DNA of 52,577 nucleotides from Intoshia linei (GCA_001642005.1 LWCA01000115.1:1-52577); one strand, 5' to 3'. Positions 11,701 through 24,812 are shown, counted from the first letter of the stretch. The notes: generated by a model not told the origin, from the sequence alone. A program made the numbers and translations.

Positions 11701-14700
11701 ATATTTCAAACACAAACTTTGAAATAAACCGATTGACATTTACAAAATTGATATAGATAAAAATAAAATGCGCATTGCGCATGTATATGAAACAGACTAT
11801 GTTCAGTTCAACAACTATTATAATTGATTATATAAAAAAATAAACCTTTTAATATTTATAGGATATAAATTGATGCACTCTTCAACGCTAAATTCTTCAA
11901 CATAATCACCAAAAAATTTACAAATTGATTTGTTTGCTTTGGCATTATCAGAATAAAAATTTCCAATAGTGGTTAAAATCTACATATAATGTATTAATTT
12001 TTGAATAACAAGATTCGTAAATAAAGTTTACATTATGAAAAAAGTGATTGAAATTTTGATGATTAATAAAAAACTCTGATCAGCTGGGATATCAGTCATA
12101 TCTGGACCAACAAAAAAATAAGGGTACTATTAATTACGGCCAATTAATTCATTAAAAATAAACTTTTTAAATTATATTTAGGGAGATAAATTACGGACAG
12201 CATACAATTTTATTATATAGGGTCAGATAACTCATACCCCATGTGATCAGACCAAAATCAGTAAAAAATGTATGCATTTGAAAATGTTAATAAGAATTTA
12301 AATTATATTTCTGGAAATTACCTTTTTTTTAAAAGTTTTCAAATTTTTCGAAATAAATTTTGTAAAAACAAACATGAGTTTAATTGTGAACGAAAAATAG
12401 TTTGCCGACACATCAATCCTTGATATTTTTTTCAAAAATGTCTCCATTACATTAATAATATTTAATGGTATTGGAACCGCATTTTCTGAAACGACTGAAC
12501 AAAAGGACTAAATGTAAATTAAAAATGAAAAAATGGACAATAATTTTAAAATATTACTTCAAAACTATTAATAATTTCATTTTCAATTGTAATGGTGTAA
12601 TTTTCATGAACATAGTCAATACTTGTGTAAATAAATTTAGTTAAAAATTCATACAATATGTCCATATTTGATCTAAAATAAATTAACATGTCAACTTTTT
12701 TACCACTTACCGGAATTTCCCAGTAAAATTTAAAACAAAATTCCATGAAACATTACAAAAATACTATCACTGCATAAATTTTTTTATTTTAGTTGTATAG
12801 TAAATTTTTCAAATGTTTTTATAAGAAAAAGTAGTGGTTCGTGGACCTGTATTTGGGTTCCGGTGGTATAAATAATTAATTACGCGTCTGAAATTTGATA
12901 TAATTTAATTAAAATTGAGGCAATCAACTTTGAGCAATAAGGTGAAAACAAATGCAAACTACAAATCATATCACAGTGTTTTATTAAATTCTAAACATAC
13001 ATTTATATAAAAATAAAATTTATAAAATTAAATAAATTACAGTTGATAAATCGACTAGCATTTTTTCTGATAAACGGTTATTAATTTGTGAAAGATTCAC
13101 CGCATCTTTTAACATAATTAAACAGTGCATTGCTAACTATAGAATTGTGACAATACAAGTTGAAAGAAAACAAATATTACTCTTTTATTTCCTTTATTAT
13201 TAAATAAAAATTTATTTAACCAACTGTCCACATTTTTTATTTCAAACAATATAAGCGACAATATATTAAAATAAGTCTTTATAAATTCATCAGAATCTAA
13301 ATTATTCCATTAAATTTTAAAATTTATAATGTTACATTTATAATATCCACAGAAAAATTTAGAAAATCAGAACAATCGCTCTTTATGAGCAAATATACAT
13401 TTATATTTTAATAATTATTAAAATATTAATATTATTATAAATTCTCTGCAGAGGTAGGTGCTGTTTGTACAAAGTACAAAACAGACAAGTTAGTAATATA
13501 TATTAAATTAAATTGTACCCAAAATCTCTTCAAATTCAACCAATTTTTCAACTATGATAGGTTTTAATTTCACAGCAATTTTTTTTTTCATTAAACATGT
13601 AAATAAAATCAGACATGCATCTTTTCTTACCTAGATTAATATCAAGTAACAAAAAACAAAATATACCAATTGATTTGAATCGCGTAAAAAGGAAAAACAA
13701 ACTTGTACCAATTCATTCAACATTGTCTCGTCACTGAATTCTAACAAAAAACCAATACATTTCATTAACTAAATAGTACATAATTAAATTTTATCAATTC
13801 ACTCATTAACATAAAAATAAATATGACTATAAAATGAATGTTACGATCCTAAATAATATAAATCAGTGGTTCCCGATTCAAAAATTTATATATGAATACT
13901 AAAATACTTTTTTGACCGTGAAGTCATCACTTATTCGGATTGAAATTTTTTGTGTGTGTTAACAGGATACAACTGTACCACTAACTCGTTTGATTTTTAA
14001 AAAAAACGACAACTGGGTTTTTGACCCGTAAGATGTGTGTTTGAGAGGTTGAAATTTATCTTATTATATGTCCCGGAAAAAACTGTAATTGAAATGTGAA
14101 CTTTATAAAATTCTAAGACTGGTAGTTATTTCAATAAAGTAAAACACACACATACAAAAATAGCATAGCATATTCTATAAATAAGATAAGTAAAGATTAC
14201 TGGTTTTTATGTTAAAACATTCAAATTTTCGAATAATCAGGACTCCATAGTCCACACACATTTTTTTTATGACATTTGATCCATAGTGGAAAAAGTTTGG
14301 GAACCACTGGGTTAATAGGTTGTTGCTCATAAGATTTGATAAAATTGGATTTTTCAAAAAAATATAAGTAAAAGTCTATTTTTCCATGAGGGTTTTAAAT
14401 CATATTTTTTATTAAAATTTAATGAAATTTTATTAAAGTGTGATCATAATGATAAACAAAATCATTAAAAATACCTTTAAAGGGTGACGTGAATCAACGG
14501 AAAAGTTGTCAACAGCACGTAAAATTGCAACTGAAATAATTTGATTCTTTTTCATTACAAGTCCTTTGGGCACACTAAAAAATTTTCAAAATTCTGAATA
14601 TAACAATATAGATAATTTAAAATAAAATTTCAATTAAAAGAAAAGAATACGTTTGAAGAATATCACTCAATTTATCATAGCAAAAGTAAGCAACATTTTT

Positions 14701-15404
14701 AGATTTTGTTTTATTTAAAATTAAAACCTAAAATAGATTATAGATTGTTTACACATCACTGTCAATTTTAAAGGGATATTTAACATTTTAAACCAAAATT
14801 AAAATATAATTTACTCTAAAAGATCAAGATTACAAGAAAAAATCAAAACTTTGTATACATTTTATACCCAAAATGTGAAGAGTTGGATACAATTTTTAAC
14901 CCAATTTAAAATATTTTATACAAATAAACAATAGTTTCGCCAGACCTTAAAAGGGTGTAGGAAATTTAAATTCCACAATTTTAAATTTTACATAAATGTA
15001 GTTTTTCGAATGATCCCAAATTGACAATAAAATAAAAGTATCTTACTAACAAAGATAACTGCTTAATATTAGATTTTTCATCAGTATCAGATAAACCAAT
15101 TAATTTAGAAAGTAAATCATCTGCAGCAATATTCATATCATGTGATTGAGTAATCTAATCAAAAACATTATTTTGAAATATAAAAAATGTATATAAAAAT
15201 GTACTTTATCAATTTTTTCTTGTTTAACAATTAAAGTTTTATCTAATAGAACATGATTATTAAAAAAATTATCAAAAAAAAATGCATTATTTTACCTATT
15301 TTTATCATTTTGCGTACATTTTGACGGTTTTTGGTAAATTTGGAATTGTCCCATTTAATCGGGATGTCTCTAGTCTTTTGAAACTTTTTCTTGGTAAATT
15401 TCAT
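8703..15404 (-). CDS. RRP12: RRP12-like ribosome biogenesis HEAT-repeat protein (NUC173), multi-exon
   Basis: Exon ~10577-10807 gives NPFERSWVIPIFNSH...YFVDSFIPIS...YKILFKQIWTLFPLFCKKPKD, matching the RRP12 RSWLLP...QxWxLLPGFC segment. Other exons give VPKGLVMKK, FLRDSNQL|VRKDA and IKKVLSKLISIYR|FDYVK. Predicted start MKFTKKKFQK at 15404, stop at 8703-8705. Confidence 0.85.
13441..13493 (+). mobile_element. Helitron 3' end fragment
   Basis: Hairpin ctgtttgtac-aaa-gtacaaaacag followed by acaagTTAG|t, same family as the other copies. Confidence 0.6.
13895..14187 (-). mobile_element. Helitron 5' portion
   Basis: Reverse-complement match to 37107-37560, ending in a TC...TATA-type 5' terminus near 14187. 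Confidence 0.65.
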
Positions 15405-15612
15405 TAGAGTTGACACGTATAAATAAAAAGAAGAATCACGTGAGACAATAAATATTACTATAGTTTTTCCTATATATTAAAAATAAAAAGTTGACTTCAT
15501 TTTAAGTTTAGTTTTGATAAAATATATAAAGTCGAATTGATATAGTTTGCATTTCGTTTCCATGTTATAAATTTTTTATAGTGCATTTGTATTTACAGAA
15601 ATATTTTGTGAT
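15405..15612. promoter_or_regulatory. Putative bidirectional promoter (RRP12 / STAM) with E-box
   Basis: The divergent predicted ATGs at 15404 (-) and 15613 (+) are 208 bp apart. Palindromic TCACGTGA at 15436-15443. Confidence 0.5.
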
Positions 15613-18600
15613 ATGAATTTCGGTAAGTTGATGGTCTATTACTACCTGTCATTAATTTTTATTCTTAGACAGTTTGGTTAAAGCAAATGATATCGATTGG
15701 TGTAAACTTTTGGATTTTTGTGATAGAGTAAATGCAAATTATGAATTGTAATTTTTGAAAAACTCATATTTTATTTTACATTATATTACAAATAGATTTT
15801 ATTTGAACAAATATTGATTGTTTTCGTTATGATTAATTTGATGACGATATTCAAAATTTTGTACTTTGGATTTAAAAATAAATGATATATTCCAAAATTA
15901 TCATGTTGCAAAATTTAAAAAAACGAAATGACCGAATATTTTTCAAAACCTTTAATGAATGGTTCCCGATTGTGGTTCCCTGGATACCTTAGGGTTCAAA
16001 AATATATTTCTGGGTCCGTGAGATTCAAAAACAATATTAAAAAATGTTTATCACTTTTCTTTATTTTTATAGGAGAATTTTTAATATTTATTACAGAATT
16101 TTCGCATGTTTGAAATTTATCCAAAAGCATATACAACCGCTATATTATTATTCCAAAAACCCCTATTTTATTTCACCATTAATAACATTTACAGTGCATA
16201 GGGGCGGATCCAAGAGGCTAGTTAATGGGGTGCGAGCGAAGCGAGCAATATATTTAACTTTAAAAAAATTTAGGGCGTCTCTTTTAATATCAAGGCGTCT
16301 AGTTTGATTTTAAAGCGTCTCTTTTAGTTTCATTTAAAGGTTATTATACAATAGTTTCCAAATTTGTATTTTTTTGCAAAAATAAAAAAAATGTAATCTT
16401 ATGCGCCATTTATATTGTTTTAATAAATTAAAACTGTTTTCAGTTATTTACAAAACATTAATTAAAAATTTAAGGGTGCAACTGTATTTTTGCACCCCCT
16501 TGAATCCGCCCCTGGTGCTATCAGTGTTAATAAAAAATACCATATTAAACAGCTAGGGAAAAATCGATTTTTACTCATATTTTTTGAAAAACGATTTTAT
16601 CAAATTTTATTAGAAAAAACCTTTAATTTTTCCATTAAAGTTTTATATTTTGAATTGGGGTCCGTATTCTATTTAAATCGGTAACCAGTACTTGAAGGTG
16701 TGCCATGGAAAAAGTTTTGTAATTGTTGCATTAATATATTCATTGTTTTAAATACCTGCTATTTTGTTTGTACATCACATAACAGTCTAATTTTGAAATA
16801 TATTTAGAATTGTGGACTTATCACATGTTGTAATGCACGTCATTCATACTGGATTGGATGATGAAATTGAACGTTTGTTAATTGTATTTTAAAACCATTT
16901 TTAGTTTTGATATAATTTTTAGATTCTTGATTCTGTTGTAAAAAATTGCTCAACGGCATTTTCAAAAATGTACACAACCTGTAGCTTTTTAGATATCATG
17001 AAAAATGTAAAAATTGTTTTAAAAAATACATTTTGTGTTAATATAGATTCTCATCAAAAGACCAGATTTTATTAATAATATTAGAACGTGGTCAGATGAT
17101 ACTTTAATTGATGCTGACTTTAGAAGGTTTATTCGATTTTGTGTTTATAATTATTTTTAGTTTGGTAAGCATTGGCATAATCAATATACTAGATAAAACT
17201 ATTAATGAAAGTAAAATTTCTACACCTACCGTTCCTCAAAATAATAATACTAATAAAATTGATGCACCGGTAATTTTCATATTTTTCATATTAATTGATT
17301 TTTTCACTATTAACTTTACATTTAAAATTTTACCAACTGATTAGCTACTTTTTAAGTGTAAAATAATTTTATTTTTTTGGTTTCGTAAAAAACAAAAATT
17401 TTAAAATCAATTTAGTGATTGTGATATCTCGGGAAATGACAAAAGTCGAGAACCGGAAATTAAAAATTAAATTTCCCGGGAAAAATAAAAAATTTTTATT
17501 TATATTTAATATAGAAGCATTAAAAATTTTAGAGACCTTAATTAATTTTAGAAACAAAAAGAAATTTAATTAATGAAATAACACGAATCTTAGATTCAAA
17601 TTTACAAATTTTAAACGAGATCTACGTTTTGTAACGAAATTAGAAGCAGTAGAGAAATTTATTTCATTTTGTGTTGACGTAGGTTGAAGTCATAAGGGTT
17701 CCTTTAATTTTAACAGTCTTTATGATAGCGTTCCAGTTTGTAACAACTCATAATATTTTTCAAAATAATATTGGAAAAAGAGGATAATCCCCTTAAGCGT
17801 TAGTAATTTGTGGTTGGAATAAGAGGTTTCTAAAAAAAGTATTGGAAAAAGGATATTTTTCCATTAAGGGTCGAAAAATTAGATTTTTTATTTGTGGTTT
17901 AATGAAGTGGATTTTTGAAAAGAATATCGGTGTAAGTCAATTTTTCCATGAGGGCTTGAAATGGTATTTATGATTAAATTTTATTAGTGGTGGGATTTTT
18001 GAAATGGTAAATTTTAAATTGTATTATAATATAAATCAAATATATGTATATCTCAATTTTTTTCGGGAAATCCCGTGAATTTTGTCTCGGCACAATCACT
18101 AAATCAATTTTTATTAATATTGTGTTTTAATTATTAAAATTTAAAAAATGTTGCATTTAGAAAATAGTTTATGCAGTGTTAAAATTCGATGCAGAAGAAA
18201 AGGATGAATTAAATTTGGAAATTGGGGATGTTATCACCGTAATTAATGATGGGTATTTTTATTTTATTAATTCATTGGAATAAATTTCAGTCATTTTCTA
18301 CTTGTTTGTTGTGCCCTTTTTTAAGTTTTAAATATATTTTGGTACGTAAACAAATAAATTAATACACCAGATTGTAAGGATTACTAAATTATTGTAATTT
18401 ATACAAGACACTTTGATTTTTTTTGATTACTCTAAAAAACTTACAATTTAAATTGGACATGGATGAAAAAATATTTTCAATTTTGGGCGTTTGTTACGTT
18501 CATATTTGAACACGAATAAATTTTAAATTAGTTTATTAATTGTTTTTTGTGTGTCAACTAATAAAGGTTGAATATAACTATCTTAACCTGACTGTAAGTC

Positions 18601-19493
18601 AATGAATTTAATTAAATTTATTAGCGACTCTAATTGGTGGACAGGCAAAAAGAATGATGGATCTATAGGATTATTTCCTAGTCATTTCGTTTCTACAACA
18701 AATGTTGTACAAGGTAATTTGAATATATTTAAATTGCCTTTATAACAGTGTTATTTAAAGTAGGGTCTGTATGATTTATTGCAAAATATTTTGTATTATT
18801 TATATAACAAATTTAAAATTATTTTGTTTATGTAATGATCTCTTCACTTTTTTATATTGTCAATTCATTATTCTGCTAAATGTTAGCTGTAATGTACAAA
18901 GTTTGTTTAAAAAAAACTATAAGAAATAAATTTGGTTATTGATGGTTTTTTTTAAAATAAATTCATTTAATTTAGAACCTATAATTAAAGAAGAAAAAGA
19001 ACAAGTGGTTGAATTGAATATGGTAATTTAGAATACATTTTCATGTAATGATTATTCATTTTTTAGGATTTGATAAATAATGTTCTCAGTTATATAAAGT
19101 CAATTGACCCAAGTTCATTGGATCCCGATAATGAAAATTTTTTAATAGATGAAGGTAAATTTAAATATATTATATTTGAGTGTTATTTTGAATAATTAGA
19201 AAAATGCAAAAACATGATTCCCCTCGTAGATCAAAATATACAGACTATTGACAAGTATGCTGTAACTTGATCTGAATTTTATATTTTTTAGAAAATTATT
19301 CATGTTATTGAATGTACAAAATAATTTAAACAAATCTTACAAACTTTACCACGATCTTCTCAATAATCAAATGAAAAAAGACAGAGACACACAGAGAAAA
19401 ATAAAAGAAAGCATTCCTTGTATTAATACAAATTGGCCTAATGCGCCCCAAGACCCAGACGTCTCAAACAGTCAATACCCGCCATTTAATTAA
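15613..19493 (+). CDS. STAM: STAM/Hse1-like ESCRT-0 subunit (VHS-SH3-GAT/coiled coil)
   Basis: VHS: DIDWCKLLDFCDRVN (15669-15747) and ILDSVVKNCS (~16923). SH3: VYAVLKFDAEEKDELNLEIGDVITVIND (18161-18252) and DSNWWTGKKNDGSIGLFPSHFV (18625-18713). Then a helical region and stop at 19491-19493. Confidence 0.85.
16199..16514. mobile_element. Short MITE derivative of the hAT element at 5093-5981
   Basis: Shares the left ~190 bp and right ~120 bp of the 5093-5981 element. TIRs TAGGGGCGGATCC ... GAATCCGCCCCTG. Flanks are gtgca and gtgct. Confidence 0.85.
17413..18101. mobile_element. hAT-like non-autonomous element in STAM intron
   Basis: TIRs TAGTGATTGTG ... CACAATCACTA with subterminal tcgggaaat motifs. 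The interior (ttggaaaaagag...ccccttaagc) recurs near 21550. Confidence 0.6.
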
Positions 19494-19506
19494 TCGTTTT
19501 TATTTA

Positions 19507-20081
19507 TTATTTATTAAAATTATAATTTGAATTACAATTTTGACTCAAAATTTTTTTCTTCAACAAAAATTTTACTTTGTACGATTCAATGTCAATCTTA
19601 TTGTAATGATGAGTAGTGATTTCAGATTTAAGATAGTTTTCAAAGGAAATTTCGTCTAATGTAGTTGATTGAGGAAGTTTAGTGTCTAATATTTGTTCTA
19701 AATTTGTTTGGTTTGGTTTTTCCTTGATGACAATAATGTGGTTTCCACTCTTAGTGCAATAAGTATTGACAAGTTGGAATTTATCATCCTTTGTTAATTC
19801 TGGTACAGAAGAAACGATCCCACTGTCATTTTGAGGCTCCAATAACGAATTTTCGTCCAAAATAAAAGTGTTTTCTTGTTCATATTCCTGATTGATTGCA
19901 TTTTTAGTATTGTATCTTGAATTTTCACTAAAAACAACTTGACCATCTTCCTGATAGTTTATCCAATTGTCAAGTTGAAATTCCGTTCCGTCATCTAATT
20001 AATATTTAAAAAAATATAAACGAAATTACCCAATTCTTTTGGACCATCCTCAAACTGTAAAATAAATTCATCAGATTCCAT
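19507..20081 (-). CDS. Hypothetical acidic protein (~180 aa, 2 predicted exons)
   Basis: ATG at 20081 gives MESDEFILQFEDGPKEL. A short GT-AG intron (~20029-19995) joins in frame to an exon continuing into ORF 19507-19860. No family recognised, and the start is uncertain. Confidence 0.55.
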
Positions 20082-20590
20082 AAAATTTACTAAAAATGCT
20101 CAAATTTCATTGATAATTAGTATCAATTTATGATGAAACTAACATTTTCAGTCTAAATATAGGAGGGTGAGTGTACTGTAATTTCAAATAAACTTGATTA
20201 ACATTTTTGCAGCCAAATTTAATCATTATCTATATTAATGTTGTGGACAATTATCACCTTCTCATTTCACGTCATGGCTAAGATTATTCCATAAACTTCG
20301 ACAGTCGATAGTTATTTCATCATTTATTAATTTTTAAAATTGCACAATTGCTTTGGGCAAGCTTCAATAATTCTGACAAGTGGGGTATTTCATCAATTAA
20401 ATACTTCATTATGCATTTTTCACACTTTAATAATTTTTTATTTATTTCAGGTTATTCATCTTTTGAAGCATTTTAATTTCTAATAATAAACATTTCACCG
20501 TATCAATAAAAATTTTACATATGTATCATTATATTTATTTATATATTCATCAATTTTGGACAAAATGTATCTGACAATAAATAAAATTTA

Positions 20591-23500
20591 TCAAAACTTG
20601 CGTCGGCTCTTCAGTTTTGCATTGTTAGGGTAATTTATTTTGGCTTTATTCGTAAATGTTATACACTAAACAAAATTATAAATTAAAATAAAGTAATTAT
20701 AATTAATGTATCACAAAGACGACATTTTCATTGTACAATGTGGAGTAGATAACCTAATAAACATTCATGTAATTAAAAAAAAATTTTAATGGAAAATTTA
20801 CATTTATCCGCTTTAAAAAATTCAATTTTATCAACCACCATTTAAAAAATATAATTCAATATACATATAACAGTAAACCTCTTTAATTTTTAAAAAATAA
20901 TAAAAATTACTTGGGTATCTAGAAAATTCATTAATGATTTTGCAGTAATACATTTGTGTTTATTTTTTATTTCTTTCAGTAAATCTTCAAAAACAATAAT
21001 CTATTTTTAAAAAATTAATTTTTTTTTAGAAGCAATGAAATTACCTCATATTTTAAAATTGATTCGTAAATTTGAGGGTTTTCAAATTTAATAAAGTCAG
21101 ATATCTAAAAAAATATTAATTATTGGCATATTAAGTTAAGTCAGGAAAAATTTCGATAAAATTTCACCTCTAAAATCGAAATAATTTCAGAAAGTTTATC
21201 GAAGCTGAGTGGTGTCCACAATCCGCTGACTACACGTCTGTATTTATAAAAAACTACATTCTGAAATGAACAATTTAAATTATATAGCCACAAAATGCTG
21301 ATATCAAATAAATTAATTAATTAAAATGTTATGAAATAGTAGGAATCAAAACTGATAATTTAGAAAGATAATGAGTCTCTGCTCTAATATTACCGATAAC
21401 TGTCAAAGCTGAAAAGTTTTTCTCTTCTGTTGACCTGTTTCCAACAATATAATGAAACGAGATATATACACTACATCAGTGGTTCCCGATTCAAATAGTA
21501 TACTGACATTTCTCATCAGATTTGGTATAATGGGATTTATCAAAAAAATATTGGAAAAAGAGAATAATCCCCTTAAGCTTTGCTAAAATTGGATTTTTAT
21601 TTTGGGGTTAGAATAAGAGCTTTTTCTTACTAGATTTGATAAAATCGTGTTTTTGAAAAAAATATAGGAAAAATGAGATTTTCTTAATAATTAACAAAAG
21701 TTGATAAAATTTTTTTATATTTCATTTAAATCTCACGGACCCATAAATATAGTTTTTGATCCAAGGGTCCAGTAACCCCAATCGGAAACCACTGCACTAT
21801 GTGTATATTATCGGAATCAAATTAAATTTTAATTATCTAGATCAGGGGTTATCAACCTTTTTTTAGAATAGCCCCCTCCATAATCATAAAAAAGTTGCTA
21901 CTGTTACTCAATTTTTTAAAGAATCGACCCAAAGAATAAAATAATTTTATATATTGTTTATAATTATAATTAACAATATAAAAAACGTTATTTTAAATAT
22001 ACTGTTAAAAATCGATTAACTAATAATTTAATTATTAGAAAATTCTATTAATGTTAAGATTTTGACAAATTTATAATTTAGAAATTATTCTTTTTAGAAA
22101 TTATTTGTTAATTTTTTAGATTATGTATTTTGTGAAATAAAATACAAAAATCGCCCTAAATTATAATATCGCCTACCGTTGAAAACCCCTGGTCTAGATT
22201 AGACAGTCACGATTATTCGAAAAATTGAAAACCGATTTTCGAATAATTTCGTTAATTAGAATTTTTGAATAATCGTAAATATTTTTTAATTTTAAATCAA
22301 AAATTGCCATTATCTTAATAATCACTTTAAAACCCTTCATGTTGGTTAAACTTGTAAAATATTTTTAATTGCTTAATAAGTTAAATTGGCTTGGTATATA
22401 GTATGTTGAAATCTTTCCTAATTGGTATGTCAATTAAGTTTCTACTTTCATCATAATTGGAATGGTTTTCGATTGGATATAATTCAGTAACTAAAATCCA
22501 TAAAATATCTATTCATAATTTTTTATATTTTATTTTAAGTATTTCATATACAAGATTCTCCTAGATCATCAAATTTATTGCATTTAAAGTATTGTTTCAG
22601 TAAGCTCGTCAATAACGGGGACTACACCTCCTAATCAGACGTATGATAATTCAATGCATACATGTTTATAAGACGGAAATTAGAGTCAAAAATTACAATT
22701 TTATCTTTGTTTATTATCTCATCATCTGATTCACTTTCGCAAAATGATCTAAAAAATGATATTAAAAATTGGTAACATTTTACAATAAAACTAAATCAAC
22801 TACTGAAAATTCGATGCATCCATAAAATATGATGAGAAACAGATCCTAATTAAAACCATACCTATATAAAACTTCCTCCTGTGGCAATGATTCCGTAAAA
22901 TTAGTGTTTGATTGTTGAGAAATGAAATCCAGATACGAAATCATTTTATTTCTCGACATTTTTTTAATTCCAAATTCTTTGCATTTCCTAATTAACACTG
23001 AGTCATTCAAACCTTTGTGGTTATATAGAGGCATTCTATTGACCATATCCTGATTTTTAGATTTTCGTTTTTTTAAATTTTTTCTTGGTTTTTTAATAAG
23101 CTCATATTCATTGGGTAAATTTGTTAGAATATCAGAATCACTACTGCAATTCGCGTGGAAATCAAGGCGATCAAAAGAATTTGATCTTTTCAAATTACTA
23201 AATGAAGAGTTTAGTGTAATTGCATCAATTTCTGAATTTTCAAAGTACTTTGAAATATTTTGCAAATTTGTAGGTTGAGAACTGTTATTACAATACATGG
23301 AGTCAACTTCTTCATTTTTTAAATCGATACTATCAAAAGTGGCATTACCGTAATGATCAAAATTGTCCCATACACTAGTATTGCAATCGTTTAAAGATAT
23401 TTCTGTAATGTCGTCATTTTCCAAATTTTCGTGAATTTTTTCATTTACCAGTTTATCTTCGGTAAAAAGTGGATTGCTTAAATTAGAATTATTAGATGCA

Positions 23501-24738
23501 TCCTTAACTCGTGGAAGTTGAGTTAGGATTTCAATTTCGCTATTATCAGAATCACTAATATACATAGTTTTATATTCATCCGCAGACTTATTTTGTAATA
23601 AGGTAAATTGATTACTACGAGGTATCGAAAAAGCATTAGTTTCTTCTTTGTGTTCAGGTAATTTTATTGCGTCGTCCCAAGTAAATGTATCTTGTGACTC
23701 GAAACTAGCACACTGTTTAATAAACGAAACAGTAATGATAGTATCATTCAAATCGAAATAGTCAATCAATAAAGACAATTCATCAGATTCCAAAAGAGAC
23801 AAAGAAACCTCAAAAGTATACAAAAAGTTAACAAACAATGTCAAATGAACTGCATCAAAATGAGTACAATCTAAAACTGATTTACTATAAATATTTCGAT
23901 GAGAATCAACCCCAAAGGCGGCAAAAATAAATTTGTGCAAATAAATAAAAGTATCATCGTCCAATTTGACCTTGAGATCACTGAATTGCTGATTATTAAA
24001 CATTTTAGAAAAACAAAATTTAAATGGTGGTTTCAGTTTAGATTTAATTTGAGGATTGTCAGATTTCAAAGTACAATCCATATTTGCCAAAAGATAAGCA
24101 GTTTGATTACATTGTGTAGGTTTAATTGAAACATCTTGAGAAAAATGATCAATATAATTTTTAAAGTTTTCGCAAACATTTTCTTCTGTAAAACCGGTAA
24201 AATCATTCAAGGTGTCATCTTCATTAAATTTTGAACACGACAATGATTTACAATTTTTAGTCATAATTTTATAAAAATGTCTAGCATTATGGCGACACTT
24301 TACGTTTGCATCTAGTGGCGTATCAATATAACATTTTATTACTTTAGGTAAAATTGATACAGTTGAAGCAGGTGTGATTGGAATATTATCAACATTTTTC
24401 CAACTATCGATAGCTTTCAGTTGCTTATTCAATTCCTTGTATTTTTCTTGGTTATTTAGTGAAATTTCATTTTGATTTCTCGAAAGTTTAATCATTTCAG
24501 GTAAACTCACCATATTTTTTTTGCCACACATTCTCAAATGATTTAATCTCGTGTTCGGTGTAGTAAATTTTTTACCACATATAAAGCAATTTGGTAAGTT
24601 TGGCATTTTTTCTTTAGATTCTTGTACTTTTTTCCCCTTTTTTTTCATTTTTCCACATTGTTTTAAATGTTCTTGTAAGAAAAATGTCTTTATTTTACAT
24701 TTTGGACAATCTTTTGCACTGTAAATTTCCTTTTTCAT
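20591..24738 (-). CDS. SLX4: SLX4/BTBD12 structure-specific endonuclease scaffold (~717 aa, 5 exons)
   Basis: Exon 1 (24738-22862) has two UBZ-type fingers (CPKC..HLKQC; CFICGKKFTTPNTRLNHLRMC), a BTB domain (FSDLKVKL..YLHKFIF) and a SAP-like motif (MPLY..KCKEFGIKKMSRNKMISYL). Exons 22748-22697, 21104-21045, 21000-20911 and 20665-20591 give the SLX1-binding domain IYESILKYE..LMNFLDTQ|CITFT. Confidence 0.88.
21843..22191. mobile_element. hAT/Charlie-like MITE in SLX4 intron
   Basis: TIRs CAGGGGTTATCAAC ... GTTGAAAACCCCTG, flanked by near-identical 8-mers atctagat / gtctagat. Confidence 0.75.
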
Positions 24739-24812
24739 GGCAATTTAAAAATATAATCACGATTACAGTCGATATTATTATGATAAAAAGTTTAAGAAAT
24801 TGTAATTGTTTA

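Noticed and set aside
15928-16684. Three short plus-strand ORFs
   Set aside because: They lie in nested MITEs inside a STAM intron and have the low-complexity F/I/K composition of AT-rich noise.
20700-20880. Possible separate gene starting MVVDKIEFFK at 20841 (-)
   Set aside because: It lies inside the last SLX4 intron, since the CITFT exon at 20665 completes the SLX1-binding domain. No consistent open spliced frame was found.
23899-24129. 76-aa plus-strand ORF (also 34947-35171, 35372-35572, 49160-49360, 45945-46259)
   Set aside because: Antisense shadows of SLX4, nAChR, the mTERF-like gene and the transposase relic.
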